Assembly: GCA_951406725.2 (NCBI GenBank)
Contig: OX597827.1
Location: 2,790,001-2,854,000, forward strand
Direction: 5' to 3'
Length of the DNA stretch: 64,000 nt
Source: Octopus vulgaris
Lineage: Eukaryota
Below are positions 1 through 12,099 of the stretch, piece after piece. Made by a program: the position numbers and the translations under genes. Positions within the stretch are counted from its first letter, which is position 1. The number at the start of each line of letters is the position of its first letter. The notes beneath the pieces were generated by a model. It was not told where the DNA came from and searched no databases. It saw only the letters and a program-made list of their open reading frames with translations.

Positions 1-25
1 GAGAGATAGATGTAGAGACACACAC

Positions 26-69
26 ACAGTCCAATGAAGGCTAACTGGTCGAAACTTCGAAGTCACTGT
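26..69 (+). ncRNA. Type-I hammerhead ribozyme motif, degenerate core
   Basis: ACAGT(stem I)-CCAATGA-A-GGCT/AACT/GGTC(stem II)-GAAAC-TTCGAA-GTC-ACTGT(stem I'). Stem III is the palindrome ACTTCGAAGT and the cleavage triplet is GUC. Core reads CCAAUGA instead of CUGANGA. Confidence 0.7.
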
Positions 70-77
70 TAACCCTC

Positions 78-275
78 ATCATCATCATTTAACATCCGCC
101 TTTCCTGCTAGCATAGATTGGATGGTTTGACAGGAGCTGGTTAGGCATTTGCCTACACTAAACTTCTTTGTATGTTTTGGCACAGTTTTTACAGCTGGAT
201 GCCCTTCCTAAGACCAACTGCCCAGCAGAGTGGACAGAGTGCTTTTCACATAGCACAAGCACAGCTGAGGTCACC
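78..275 (-). mobile_element. SINE-like family C copy with (GAT)n tail
   Basis: catcatcat-ttaacatccgc...gctggatgcccttcctaa; same motifs at 29315-29550, 32460-32760, 62880-63110. Confidence 0.7.
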
Positions 276-333
276 TTCTAATAACAGTATTCTTATTCTA
301 CAAAAGAATATTGAGTAATTCTGCAGTTGCATG

Positions 334-751
334 TACTCTTTACTCTTTTACTCTTTTACTTGTTTCAGTCATTTGACTGCGGCCATGCTGGAGCACTGCC
401 TTTAGTCGAGCAAATCGACCCCGGGACTTATTCTTTGTAAGCCCAGTACTTATTCTATCGGTCTCTTTTTGCCGAACCGCTAAGTGACGGGGACGTAAAC
501 ACACCAGCATCGGTTGTCAAGCAATGCTAGAGGGACAAACACAGACACACAAACATATACATACACATACATAATTATATACATATATACGACAGGCTTC
601 TTTCAGTTTCCGTCTACCAAATCCACTCACAAGGCTTTGGTCGGCCCGGGGCTATAGCAGAAGACATTTGCCCAAGATGCCACACAGTGGGACTGAACCC
701 AGAACCATGTGGCTGGTTAGCAAGCTACTTACCACACAGCCACTCCTGTGC
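334..751 (-). mobile_element. tRNA-derived SINE family B, full length, with internal (TA/CA)n
   Basis: Minus-strand head ggagtggctgtgtggtaag (A box) and gggttcagtccc (B box), CORE-like ttgggcaa segment, (taaaagag)n tail; closely similar to 54510-54911 and 25496-25908. Confidence 0.9.
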
Positions 752-1090
752 AATTGTTTCTATTATAACTTGTCATAAAAGCAAACATGAATATAGGCAT
801 AATATGACTGAATTGTTAATAAGTTTCCTTTGCAACCATGAGATCCCAGGTTCAATTCCACAGCATGACAGCTTAAGCAAATGTCATTTTCTATGGGCTC
901 AAGCTGACTCATACTCTCCAAATAAAATTGGGTCAATGGAAACTGTACAGAATCCTATGATACTGATTCTTCCTGAGAATTACATTAAGGGTGTGTGTGT
1001 GTAGAACGTACAGCCATTTACCATTCTGGAGCAGGTAGTCCAGTTCATTGAATATCTGAATCCTCATTGTTGAACAATGGAAACCCACCA

Positions 1091-1142
<52 letters not shown>

Positions 1143-1149
1143 CTACTGA

Positions 1150-1360
1150 TATCATTAGAATTCATAAACTTTCAGGAGGGCATGAAATAACTTTGTTTTG
1201 GAACAGTGGGTCTTGAATCACACAAAGCTATAGATAATAGCATGTAAATTTTGTGTTGGCCAGCCTTCAACTTTTTTATCTAAAAGGGATTTTAAACCCA
1301 ATATTTTATAATTTATAGTTTTGTGTGTGTGTGTGCTTCAAGATCCACTGTTCCAAAAAA
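1150..1360. mobile_element. Two inverted fragments of a non-autonomous DNA transposon (possibly hAT-like)
   Basis: ttttggaacagtgggtcttgaatcacac (~1196) and its reverse complement (~1331-1358); related sequence at 9420-9590 ending aaaaggttgaaagctgcc. Confidence 0.5.
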
Positions 1361-1661
1361 AAAAAGTGTATGTATGTATGTATGAAACCATCTGTCTATC
1401 AAATATTTTTATATATCTAATTTCCCTGTGTGTGTCTGTATTTTTAATTGTTTACATCATTGGACTGCAGCCATACTGGGGCAACCCCAGAACTTGGTCT
1501 TTTCTGTCTGGCATTTATTTTATTTATCCCTTTTGTTGAACACCTATATTATGAGGAACATCAACAAACCAACACTGGTTGTCAAGCAATGGGTGGGGAA
1601 AATGACATACATAAACACAATGCCACACACACTACCTCTGTGTGTGTGTATGTGTGTGACT

Positions 1662-1866
1662 GCGTGTGTAATCGTTGGCGATTTTCTTCCTCCGTCTTCC
1701 CTTCCTTAGATCTTTCCCTTTCCTATGTTTCTGACGAAGAGCTCTGCTCATAACGTTAAATCCTCCTCTTTTCTTTCCTTTCCTGAGCATCCAATAACAC
1801 TATACTTGTTTCACGCCCTCGCATTGTTGTGTTTTCTCTTTGTGTTTTCATGTTTGGATTAACTTT
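1662..1866 (+). mobile_element. ~200-bp hammerhead-bearing element (Penelope pLTR-like) between (TG)n and (TA)n
   Basis: GTTT-CTGACGA-A-GAGC/TCT/GCTC-ATAAC-GTT-AAAT at 1727-1761 (GAAAC degraded to ATAAC); architecture shared with 56588-56778. Confidence 0.6.
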
Positions 1867-2028
1867 ATATATATATATATATACTTTTTATATTAAAGGT
1901 GCAAAATGAACAGTCTTGTGATAATTTCGCAGCTTTAATGAAAAGAATGTTACTCTAACTTTGGTATTCAAGTACTTTTTCCCACCTTGTTTTGTGTTTA
2001 TGTGCTCACCTGTATGTGTGTGTGTGTG

Positions 2029-2086
<58 letters not shown>

Positions 2087-2297
2087 GTTATATATATCTA
2101 CATATATACATACATGTCTGTTTTCTACACTGTTTCCATCAACCAAATTCACTTTCAATGAATTTGTCAGCCCAGGGCTATAGTAGAAGACACTTTTCCC
2201 AAGGTGATGTGCATTGGGACAGAACCCAAAATCACATGATGCCAAAGCTAGCTTCTTAACGACACAGCCATGTATACATGCATACACACATATATAC

Positions 2298-2328
<31 letters not shown>

Positions 2329-2349
2329 AATAAAGAGCTCCAGTATCAA

Positions 2350-3170
2350 ACACTCATCATCAGGTACATAATCAGCATGCACATCATCATTAAGATCACC
2401 ACAGTCAAATATCAACATCATCATCGTCATCATCATCCTCATCATGCACCTCGTCATCATCACCTTAGGTTTATCTTTGGCTCATTCCCCAATGGGCATT
2501 ATTCCATGGTTCTTTGTGTTGGGTGGCCAGAGTGACTATCAATCATCATAACTTAGGAAGTGAGAAACTGCAGGGAGTTGATAATGGTGGTGATGATAAT
2601 GGTGATGATGGTGGTGATGGTTACGTTGGTGGTAGTTGTTGGAGAGGAATTTGGAGTTGTTTGTAATGGTGCTAGTAATAGTGGTGGTGGTAGCAGATGT
2701 TTACAATGGTGTTAAGTGGTGGTGGTGATGGCTGTGGTTGTAAGATAGGAGCTGAACTTGTTTGTAGTGGTGCTAGTAGTAGTAGTAGTAGTAGTAGTAC
2801 TGGCAGTGGTAGTAGTGAATGTTTACGATGGTGTTAAATATTGGTGGTTGTGATGGTGGTAACATTGGTGGTGGTGGTGGTGGTGGTGTTGGCTCTGGTT
2901 GTGAGGTAGGAGCTGGAGTTGTTTGTAGTGGCGTTAGTAATAGATGTGGATGTGGTGGTGGTGGTGGTGAGGGTTGTGACGTTGGTTGCAAATGATGATG
3001 GTTTTGGCAGTGGTCAAGGTGGTGCTGAGGTATCGAATAATGGTGTTGATGGTGGCAGCGGCAGATGGTTTTGGTGGTGTTAAATAGTGTTAGTAGTGGT
3101 GGTGGTGGTATTGGTAGTGGTGGCAACAGCTGATCTTGGTGGTGTAAATAAAGGCTGGCACTAGTAGACA
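2350..3170. repeat. Low-complexity (CAT)n then (GGT/AGT)n trinucleotide region
   Basis: Degenerate triplet runs; ORFs are poly-H/P/Y artefacts. Confidence 0.85.
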
Positions 3171-4452
3171 CATCACAGTGGGACTCCTCAGGCAAGTGTA
3201 CATATATCTGCGAACAATGAATGTCATTCTAAATATGTGTGTGTCTGTGTGTCTGTGTGTGTGTGTGAACATTTCTTTGAGTGTATGTGTAAATGTGCTT
3301 TTTGAATATGTGTGTGTGTTTGTGTGAAGTAGATGGTGATGGTGAAGGTTAAAGAAAGGTGTCTCGGTTTAGTAAGACGTTCAGGTTCAGGTGGACATTA
3401 TCAAAGGAGAGAGATGAAAGGAAAAAGCAATGAAAGAAAGGTAGAATGTGATAAAAGTAAAATAAGAAAAACTCGTGAAGAATTAGAGAGAGAATGGTAA
3501 ATGGTGAGGCCATTGAAGGTGTATGGCGAGGCCACTGAGACAAAGAAATGAAAGAAAAAGGTAAAAAAAAGACAAAGAACAAAGGAAGAGAATGTAGGTT
3601 ATTGACCAGTAAAATCTTGGAATTTGGGAGTAAAATCCCCTTTAGGGTTAAAAGTGTATTCTTGAACTGTTCTTCAAACTGAGTTAATTGAGTTAATACA
3701 CCTGAAACCCTTGTAATGATTATGAACCAATGACGGGTCTCTCTCTATGTTCATTTAACCAAGTAGAAATAGCAATCACATTACACTCGTATACTATCTT
3801 AAAGAAGGACATAGTTGTGTGGTTTAGATACTTGCTTCTTAATCACATACTTTCATGTTTAGTCCTACAGTTGTGACACATTAGGAAATTGTCTTCTTCT
3901 ATGACTCTGAGCTGATCAAAGCCTTGTAGGTGAATTTTGTAGATGGAAAATTAAAATATGCAACCATGACTGCACTTGGTGAATTATGGTTTTTAAGGAC
4001 TCACCACTGTATGCATCAATTACCAAGTTTCAATCAGCAGAAAGGAGATATCCAGCAACATCCTTTTAGTACATGTGCACTTAGGACATAATGTGATTGA
4101 TAATAACCCTGGCTGTCTTTCTATATCCTTGGTATCCTTACAGTTGTCTCTTATCATTGGTCCAGGAAATTAGTGGCAAGAGGAAGAAGTTGGTTATCTG
4201 ACACAGCCTTCCCTTGTTATAATCCAGTTTCAGTGTAAGACAAAACTTGAACATTTCCAAACCACAAACAGATGGCAGATCTATTGTCGCACATCTGGGA
4301 CAATGAAATACCACAGCTTCTGTAGTTTTCTTACTTGTAAAGGTACACAGATGGTGTAGTGACACTATGAATAGTTATGAGTCTTCAGTTGCTTATGTGA
4401 CTGAGTCTCCTATAAGAAATACAATCATGGTTGTTTTCAAGAAATAAAGAAC

Positions 4453-4605
4453 CAGCCGGCAGAAGCGTTAGCATGCCAGGCGAAATGCGTAGCCATATTT
4501 CATCTGCTGTTACGTTCTGAGTTCAAATTCCACCGAGGTCGACTTTGCCTTTCATCCTTTCGGGGTCGATTAAATAAGTACCAGTTACGCACTGGGGTCG
4601 ATATA
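4453..4605 (+). mobile_element. tRNA-derived SINE family A, 3'-truncated
   Basis: ggcagaagcgttagc...gagttcaaattcc (B box)...gcctttcatcctttcggggtcgat...aagtaccagt. Confidence 0.85.
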
Positions 4606-5253
4606 TGAGGAGTGGTCATACTGCTGGTCATGCTGTTCTTGTCATTGCTGCTGCTGCTGCATATATAAATACTTTTAATTTTGATGTTGATGATGCCTTA
4701 GTTCAGTAGTATATCCTTCTAGAGAATTCCCTTGGGAACTTTTATGAACAACTTCTTCAGTAAACATTTTGGACTTTTTAAAAATTTATTTTTGTCCTTT
4801 GTTCTTGTTTTGTGAAGAAACCTAACATCAAGCAACTTTTTACAGATCGAAATTTAGACACTGTTTTCTAAACCTGGCAAATTATGTGCAGGGGTGCAAA
4901 TTTTGATTTTGCACCCACTAAAACTTTTAAGGGGTGCAAACGCACTACCTTCACCCCCTGTTCCTAGGCCCTTGGCTCTAGTCTATCTGATTAACATCTG
5001 CACACTGTTTTATCTAGTTAACATCCAGATACTGTAGTCTATCTAGTTAACATCTACACACTGTGGTCTGTCTAGCCATCATTACACAATGTTGTTATCA
5101 AGCCCGCATCTACTCATATTGGTCTATCTTGTTAATATCTACACACTAGTCTATATCAAGTTAACATATAGACACAACTGTCTCTCTAGTTAGTCTACAC
5201 TCTGTGGTCTATCTACTCAACATCTAAACACTTTTGTCTACCTGTTCAACATC

Positions 5254-5650
5254 TTGAGTCTATCTAATTAATATCTGGAGTCTATCTAGTTAATATCTGG
5301 AGTCTATCTAGTTAATAACTGGAGTCTATCTAGTTAATGTCTGGAGTCTATCTAGTTAATGTCTGGAGTCTATCTAGTTAATGTCTGGAGTCTATCTAGT
5401 TAATGTCTGGAGTCTATCTAGTTAATGTCTGGAGTCTATCTAGTTAATGTCTGGAGTCTATCTAGTTAATATCTGGAGTCTATCTAGTTAATGTCTGGAG
5501 TCTATCTAGTTAATATCTGGAGTCTATCTAGTTAATGTCTGGAGTCTATCTAGTTAATGTCTGGAGTCTATCTAGTTAATGTCTGGAGTCTATCTAGTTA
5601 ATGTCTGGAGTCTATCTAGTTAATGTCTGGAGTCTATCTAGTTAATATCT
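5254..5650 (+). repeat. Homogeneous 22-bp tandem repeat, ~18 copies
   Basis: Unit CTGGAGTCTATCTAGTTAAT(G/A)T read directly. Confidence 0.95.
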
Positions 5651-5662
5651 ACACACTGTGTT

Positions 5663-6068
5663 TCTTTTTTCTTTTATTTGTTTCAGTGATTAGACTGCGG
5701 CCATGCTGGAGCACCACTTTGAAGGGTTTCAGTCGAACAAATCGACCCTAGTACTTATTTTTTATAACCTAGTACTTATTCTATCAGTCTCTTTTGCCAA
5801 ACCACTAAGTTAGGGAGATGTAAACATACCAACACCAGCTGTCAAGTGGTGCTGGGGGGGGACAGACACACACACACACACACACACACATACGTGTATA
5901 CGCATACAATGGGCTTCTTTCAGTTTCTGTCTACCAAATCCACTCACAAGTCTTTGGTTGGCCTGAGGCTATAGTAGAATACACTTGCCCAAGGTGCCAC
6001 ACAGTGGGACTGAACCTGAAACCATGTGGTTGGAAAGTAAGCTTCTTACCACACAGCCATGCCTGCAC
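5663..6068 (-). mobile_element. SINE family B, full length
   Basis: Aligns along its length with 334-751. Confidence 0.9.
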
Positions 6069-7908
6069 CACTGTAGTCTATCCAGTCAACATCTACACAC
6101 TGTGGCTTACATAGTCAGCATCTACTCACTTGGTCTATCTGCTTAACATACACATACTGTAGTCTATCTAATTAATATATACAGTGTTAGTCTACGTCTA
6201 CACAGTGTGGTCTATCAATCCAAAATCTTCTCATAGTGGTCTTTCTACCCAACATCAGCATATTGTGGTCTATTTATTCAATATCTACACAGTTTAGTCC
6301 ATTTACCCAACATCTACACACTAGTCTAATCTAACCAACACAGAGACACAGAGGTCTGTCTATCCAGTTATCATATACATACCGTGGTCTATTGAATCCG
6401 TAATCCACTGAATAGAGTCGATTATCTTTCTAATACACATCTATAAGACTGCACTTTCCATTATACACACACACACACACACACATACAACACACACACA
6501 TCATCTCAAACACATTATGAATATTATGTACAGCTATGCCTTTCTCTGCCATCTCCCATTTGCACATACACATATCTTTGTGCATATCTGTGTGTGTGTG
6601 TGTGTGTGTGTGTTTTATATATACTAAACTGGAAACATTTTAGAGAGCTGGGTTAAGTGACCAAATAGATCCACGGCAGATGCATTTTTTGTCCCTGTTT
6701 CTTGGTTGAAATGGATGATTATGGAGAGGAGAAAAAAAAATAGTGTTTAGGGGAGGAGGGGGAGGTAAAAGACTAAAAGAGATATATAAATGGAAAGGAT
6801 TGAAAGAGAGATAGAGAGAGAGAAAGTGAGAGAGAGAGAGAGAGAAGCCCTTCAGGATGTTTTCCAGCTGTGACTAACTATTTTCATTTTCTCACTATAG
6901 TTCTGTATATTTTTTTTTTCTTATTCCTGTTTTATCTTTGCTTGCATTGTAGAGGTTGTTGTTGTTATTGTTGTTGATGTTGTTAATATTGTTGTTGCAG
7001 TGCTTTCTTCTCCCCACCATCAATACCGCCACCACTACGACCTAGTACTACCATTACTAATAGCATCTGTATCACCACCACCATCATCACGAACACCATC
7101 ACCACCAGTATCAGACCCCTCCCCATCACCATCTTTCACCCACCACCACCAACACCAACAACAACAAACGTCACAGCCATCATCATCATCATCACCACCA
7201 ATGCCATCATGAGCACCATCATCAGATCTTATGGTGGTGGTGGTGGTGGGGGGGAAAGTTTGTAGTGGCAGAGAGAGAGGTGGTGGTGGGGGGGAACAGA
7301 AGCCTGCAGATTTGAATAGAATTATTTGCCATCAGTTTTCTAGTTCTTTGAAAGCAGGTGGGTTTTACACTCGGATGGGTTTGCCAGAGTTCCAACCACT
7401 TTAATGCCATGTGGAACTGGTGATACTGATTTTCCACATAGCAAAGCTAAGCCAACAACAACAATAACAACAACGACGACAATAATAATAATAATAATAA
7501 TGATAATAATAATGATGATAATAATGAAAACTAAATTAATGAATAAGCAAATAAAGAACGAAGAAAAGTATAAAAACGGTTGGAGAAAGGAAAACCAGAA
7601 AGAAAAAGGGGTGAAAAATATAGAAAACCATTCAGTTTTTCACATGAATGAATACACAAATTCACACACAAGTGCAGACATACATATGTATGTGCATGTA
7701 TTTGTATATCAAATGTTTGTTCTCTTAATATCACTCAGTCCCTCTCTCTTTCTTTCTCTCTCTCTCTCTCTTTCTCAACCATGAACACATCACGTATATA
7801 CATATGTACATATAAATGTATGCATCTCGTATATACAATGCATGCCAGTGCATATGTGTGTGTATATTATACACACACAACACAAATAAGCAGAGAGGCA
7901 GAAAGACT

Positions 7909-7947
<39 letters not shown>

Positions 7948-8802
7948 TTGGGCAGAGAGATATATTGATGCATTTGGTGAATTTTCTACAAACAATTACA
8001 ATCTCCTCCATATTAGGTAAGTTGTATGAAACCTAGGGTACGGAACTGTAAACTTAGTTTTCACATATACATGTGCACGCATACATACATGCATACAATC
8101 ATGCATGTCTGTATACATACATCAATACACAAATGCATACACGTGTGTGAGTGTCTCTGTATGTATGTATGTATGTATATATATATAGATATATATATGC
8201 ACACACACACACACACACACATGCTCATATGTGTCTGCATAAATCTCTCTGTATGTCTGTCTGTCTGTATGTATGTATATATATATACTCACACACACAC
8301 ACGTTTATACACATACCAACCAGCCTTTATGTATGTATATATGTACACACAAGCATAGATATGTGTGCATGTGTGTGACAGAGAGAGAGAGTGAATCAGT
8401 ATGTGTTTGACTGTCCGTATAATCAATATCATCATTATAAATGGTTTTGCAATAGTTCTGTGTCCATTTTCCCTCTGCTGGCATGGAATTCTTTGGTCTG
8501 TCAAATAATATGCTTTCATTTACCTGTCTTTTGGGGGAAAACCAAATTCTCTTTAATCACTCAACCATCAAGCCATCACTCTTTCACTAATATATGTGGG
8601 GACATGCACATATATACTGAAATGCACACATCATACATAGGCCATACTTGACTCTAGCATATACTTACACAAACCATTGAGTTTTAAGATGTACAAAAGG
8701 TTTCGTTGTTTTTCTGTATTTTCTTGAAATGTGTGCCTTTTATATAATCTATCTTATCAGTTTTACTCTCTCATACTCTCTTTGTCATTATACATATGTA
8801 TA

Positions 8803-8835
<33 letters not shown>

Positions 8836-8898
8836 GTATGTATATATATGTATATATATGTATATATGTATATATATATATGTATGTATATATATGTA

Positions 8899-8930
<32 letters not shown>

Positions 8931-10639
8931 ATGAATTTTTTGTGTATGTATATGCACACACATGTTCATATATATAATCAATTCCTCTGTGCAGTATGCA
9001 TGTGTATATATGTATGGCATGTGTCTACACACACGCACATACACACACATGGATGTATGTATGTGTGTATTTGTGTGTGTGTGTGTGTAAAAATATCAAT
9101 TCTTTCAATTATATTATGTATGTGTATATATTTCATATATATATATGTGTGTGTGTGTGTGTGTATGTATACATGTGTGACAGATTGATGGGAATCAACG
9201 TAAGCAACAAAACTGGATACAGCTGTGTGGTTAAGAATTTTACTTTGCAGCCCTGTGTTTTTGGGTTTCAGTCCCACTGAATGGCACCTCATGCAAGAAC
9301 CCTGCAAGCCAACCAGTATCTTATAAGTGAATCTAGTTGACAGAACCTGTATGGAACCCTGTCATGTATGTATGTATGTATGTATGTGTGTGTGTGTGTG
9401 TGTGTGCGTGCGTGCATGCATAAGGTTGTTCACATTATGAGAATTTAAGAATATATATACTTTTGAGAGAATACAAAATAATTCTATTTTGGAACGGTGG
9501 TTCTTGAAGCAGATGATAAAGCCATAAGCAATAGCATGTAAATATTGGATTAAAAACTTTTCGAGGATAGAAAAGGTTGAAAGCTGCCTCAATATGCACG
9601 AGTGTTTATGTGTAATGTTATCTACACACCATGATGGTTGTAAATGAGCATCACTTCCATACATGCGAGGTTGTTCATTTCCAGTTTTCCCAGATAAACA
9701 TGTCTTGCTATGAGGAAAATATTACCTGGCTTAGAAACAGGTGAGGGTTCGTGACTGGAAGCCATAGAAAATCTGCCTGAATAAATTCTGTCTAACCCAT
9801 GCTGGCATGGAAAAATGGCAGTCAAATGATGTTGATGATGATGCATGTAACTCAGATTATGTTCCCCTATGAGTCCACCCACTTGTTTTAGCAATTGCAT
9901 GTAATTCGATAGAGATTTGGTTGTTATTTCTTGCAGATCAAGCCCACCCACCTCCATCCATGTGGAGGTTCCATTGATGGTGTTGGTTGCAATAGTAGCT
10001 GATGTGGTATGGGTGGAGATGGGGGGAGATGGTTTTAATGACTTAACTAGTGATACACCACCAGTCAGATGAAGTCTGTTCCTATCTCAGCTCAGCTGCA
10101 CATTTTTCAAATACCACCAAGATTTGAGCTAAATGGAAGCAAAAGACATTGATAAGAGAATTTCTTGTTTTTTTTTTTTTTTTGCTTTTTTTTCGGAACT
10201 ATTCAAAAACTTGTTTGTGATAAAAGAAAAAAAGAAAAAGTGTGGAGGGATTTAAATCAAAACAACTACCATATGAAAAAAAGTATATGCAAACATCATA
10301 AATGTTAATGAGATTTGGCAAAAATAAAAAAAATAAAAAAAAATAAAATGAAAATGGAATTAAAAGTTAGTGAAGCTCTACAAATAATTGCTGTGTGCAG
10401 AATCAAAATTTCTTGAAGTATTTAATCATGTTCTTTAACATTCTGAGTTCTAATCTTGACGAGGTTGATTTTTATCTATCACCTTCCTTGGTTTGATAGG
10501 ATGTGATAAGAATCAGTTTAGTATTGGGGCTAATTTTATTGACTGCAACTTAATGACTTCGTTACAAATTATTATCATCATCATCATTATTATCATTATT
10601 ATCATCATCATTATTATTATTATTATTATTATTAATATC

Positions 10640-10850
10640 AAGGTGGCAAATTGGCAGAACCATTACTGTGCCAGACAAAACTGCTTCGCGGCATTTCTTT
10701 TGGCTCTTTATGTCCTGAGTTCAAATTCTGCAGAGGTCAGCTTTGCCTTTCATCCTTTTGGGGTTGATAAATTAGGTACCAGTTACATACTGGGTCGATT
10801 TAATTGGCTGGCCACCTCTCCAAAAATTTCGGGCCTAGAGTAGAAAAGGA
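10640..10850 (+). mobile_element. SINE family A variant (A2 tail) following an (ATT/ATC)n run
   Basis: aaggtggcaaattggcagaa...gagttcaaattc...cctttcatccttttggggttgat...gggcctagagtagaaaagga. Confidence 0.8.
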
Positions 10851-10888
10851 TAAAATAAGTACCTGTTGAACACTAGGGTTGATGTAAC

Positions 10889-11867
10889 TTTGGCAGTAAT
10901 TACAGCTTGAATTCTACAAGGAATGGACTCGTACAAAGTTTGTATTGTTTCCAAAGGAACTTTTGTCCATTCTTCAGCTAAAACAGTCTCCAGTTCTTGT
11001 AGTGATAATGGCAGAGGATATCAAATCTTTACTTATTTTTCTAAAATGCACCATAAATGTTCAATAATATTGAGATCTGGGGACTGTGGTGGCCAGATAA
11101 GATGTTCAACTTCACTAGAATGTTCCTCGTGCCATTCAGTAATAATTTTAGCTATGTGAATCGGTGCATTATCATCCTGAAAGATTGTTTTCCTTCTGGA
11201 AACAGTTCTGCAACCATAGGATGAATTTGATCAGATAAAATGCTTAAATAGTCTTGACTATTAATTCTGCCATGAAGGGAAACCATTGGGCCAGCGGATT
11301 TCCAAGATATACTCCCCCCACCACAGATCCTCCTCCATGTTTTAACAATTGCAAGAAGGCAGTCTGAGTCAAATGCTTCTTTTGGCTGTCTCCACACGTA
11401 TACTCGACCAGTGGTCAGAAATGAGGTAAAGGATGACTCGTCCAAGAAAATAAAGTACTTCCACTGCTCTAGGGACCAATTCTGTAGGTTTCTACTGTTT
11501 TTGAAAGTAGTGGTTTTCTGACTGCAGCCCTCCCATGAAATCCAGCTTTTTGCAGCTCCAGGTGAACTGTTTTGTGGAAACTGGGTTCTCAAGGTAATCA
11601 TTAAGCTTTGCAGTAATTTTGGAAGCTGTACTTTTGTGACCCTTTCTAACAATTCATGTAAGAATCCGACGGTCCCTATCTGAAAGTTTTGGTTTTCTTC
11701 TGGAGTTTTGTTTTGATGAGGAGGTTTTTCCCTCTTTCTCAAAGACTAATTACTTTCAAGACAGTACTTCTTGATACACCAAGCATTTCAGCTGTTTTCA
11801 TTATGCTAGTGTTTGCCATACAAGCACCAACAATTTGACCTCTTTGAAAGTCCAATAGATCTGTGAT
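10889..11867 (-). pseudogene. Tc1-like DDE transposase pseudogene
   Basis: N-terminal DFQRGQIVG...AEMLGVSRSTV (HTH), WKYFIFLDES, GRVYVWR, GRINSQDY, WPPQSPDLNIIEHLW, LAEEWTKVP...ESIPCRIQAVITAK; frameshifts, stops and start codon mutated to ATC. Confidence 0.9.
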
Positions 11868-12057
11868 TTTAATGAATTTTAATAACCTTTTTCTGATGAT
11901 ATCTGAAAAGAAACAGCAATTTTAGCAAAACATATTGAGCAACACTAATAATAAATCAGAGAAACATAAAAGTAAACAAGCTTTTGATGGTTTTGTAGAT
12001 ATTTCAAAATTGTGATGCTATGATGCTAGGTGTTTCCGTTATTTTATCCAATCCCTG
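10889..12057 (-). mobile_element. Tc1-family DNA transposon remnant; one TIR kept, 3' end truncated
   Basis: TIR cagggattggataaaataacggaaacac (12030-12057, minus) next to TA. Transposase coding remnants run down to ~10889 and the other TIR is missing. Confidence 0.9.
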
Positions 12058-12058
12058 T

Positions 12059-12099
<41 letters not shown>

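Larger units (their letters stand above)
4978..6400 (+). repeat. Old degenerate ~29-bp minisatellite
   Basis: Recurring acacactgt(a/g)gtctatctagttaacatct units on both sides of the SINE at 5663-6068. Confidence 0.75.

Noticed and set aside
687-1004. Repeated ORF MGLNPEPCGWLASYLPHSHSCA (also 54846-55235)
   Set aside because: Antisense translation of the SINE B head, not a gene family
4138-4365. ORF with CxxC, possible transposase fragment
   Set aside because: No recognisable domain in the frames examined
5254-5650. CRISPR-like regular repeat
   Set aside because: Units are contiguous with no unique spacers, there are no cas genes, and the context is eukaryotic
7960-8022. Plus-strand AG|GTAAGT donor
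   Set aside because: No convincing acceptor or recognisable peptide; preceded by (GATA)n
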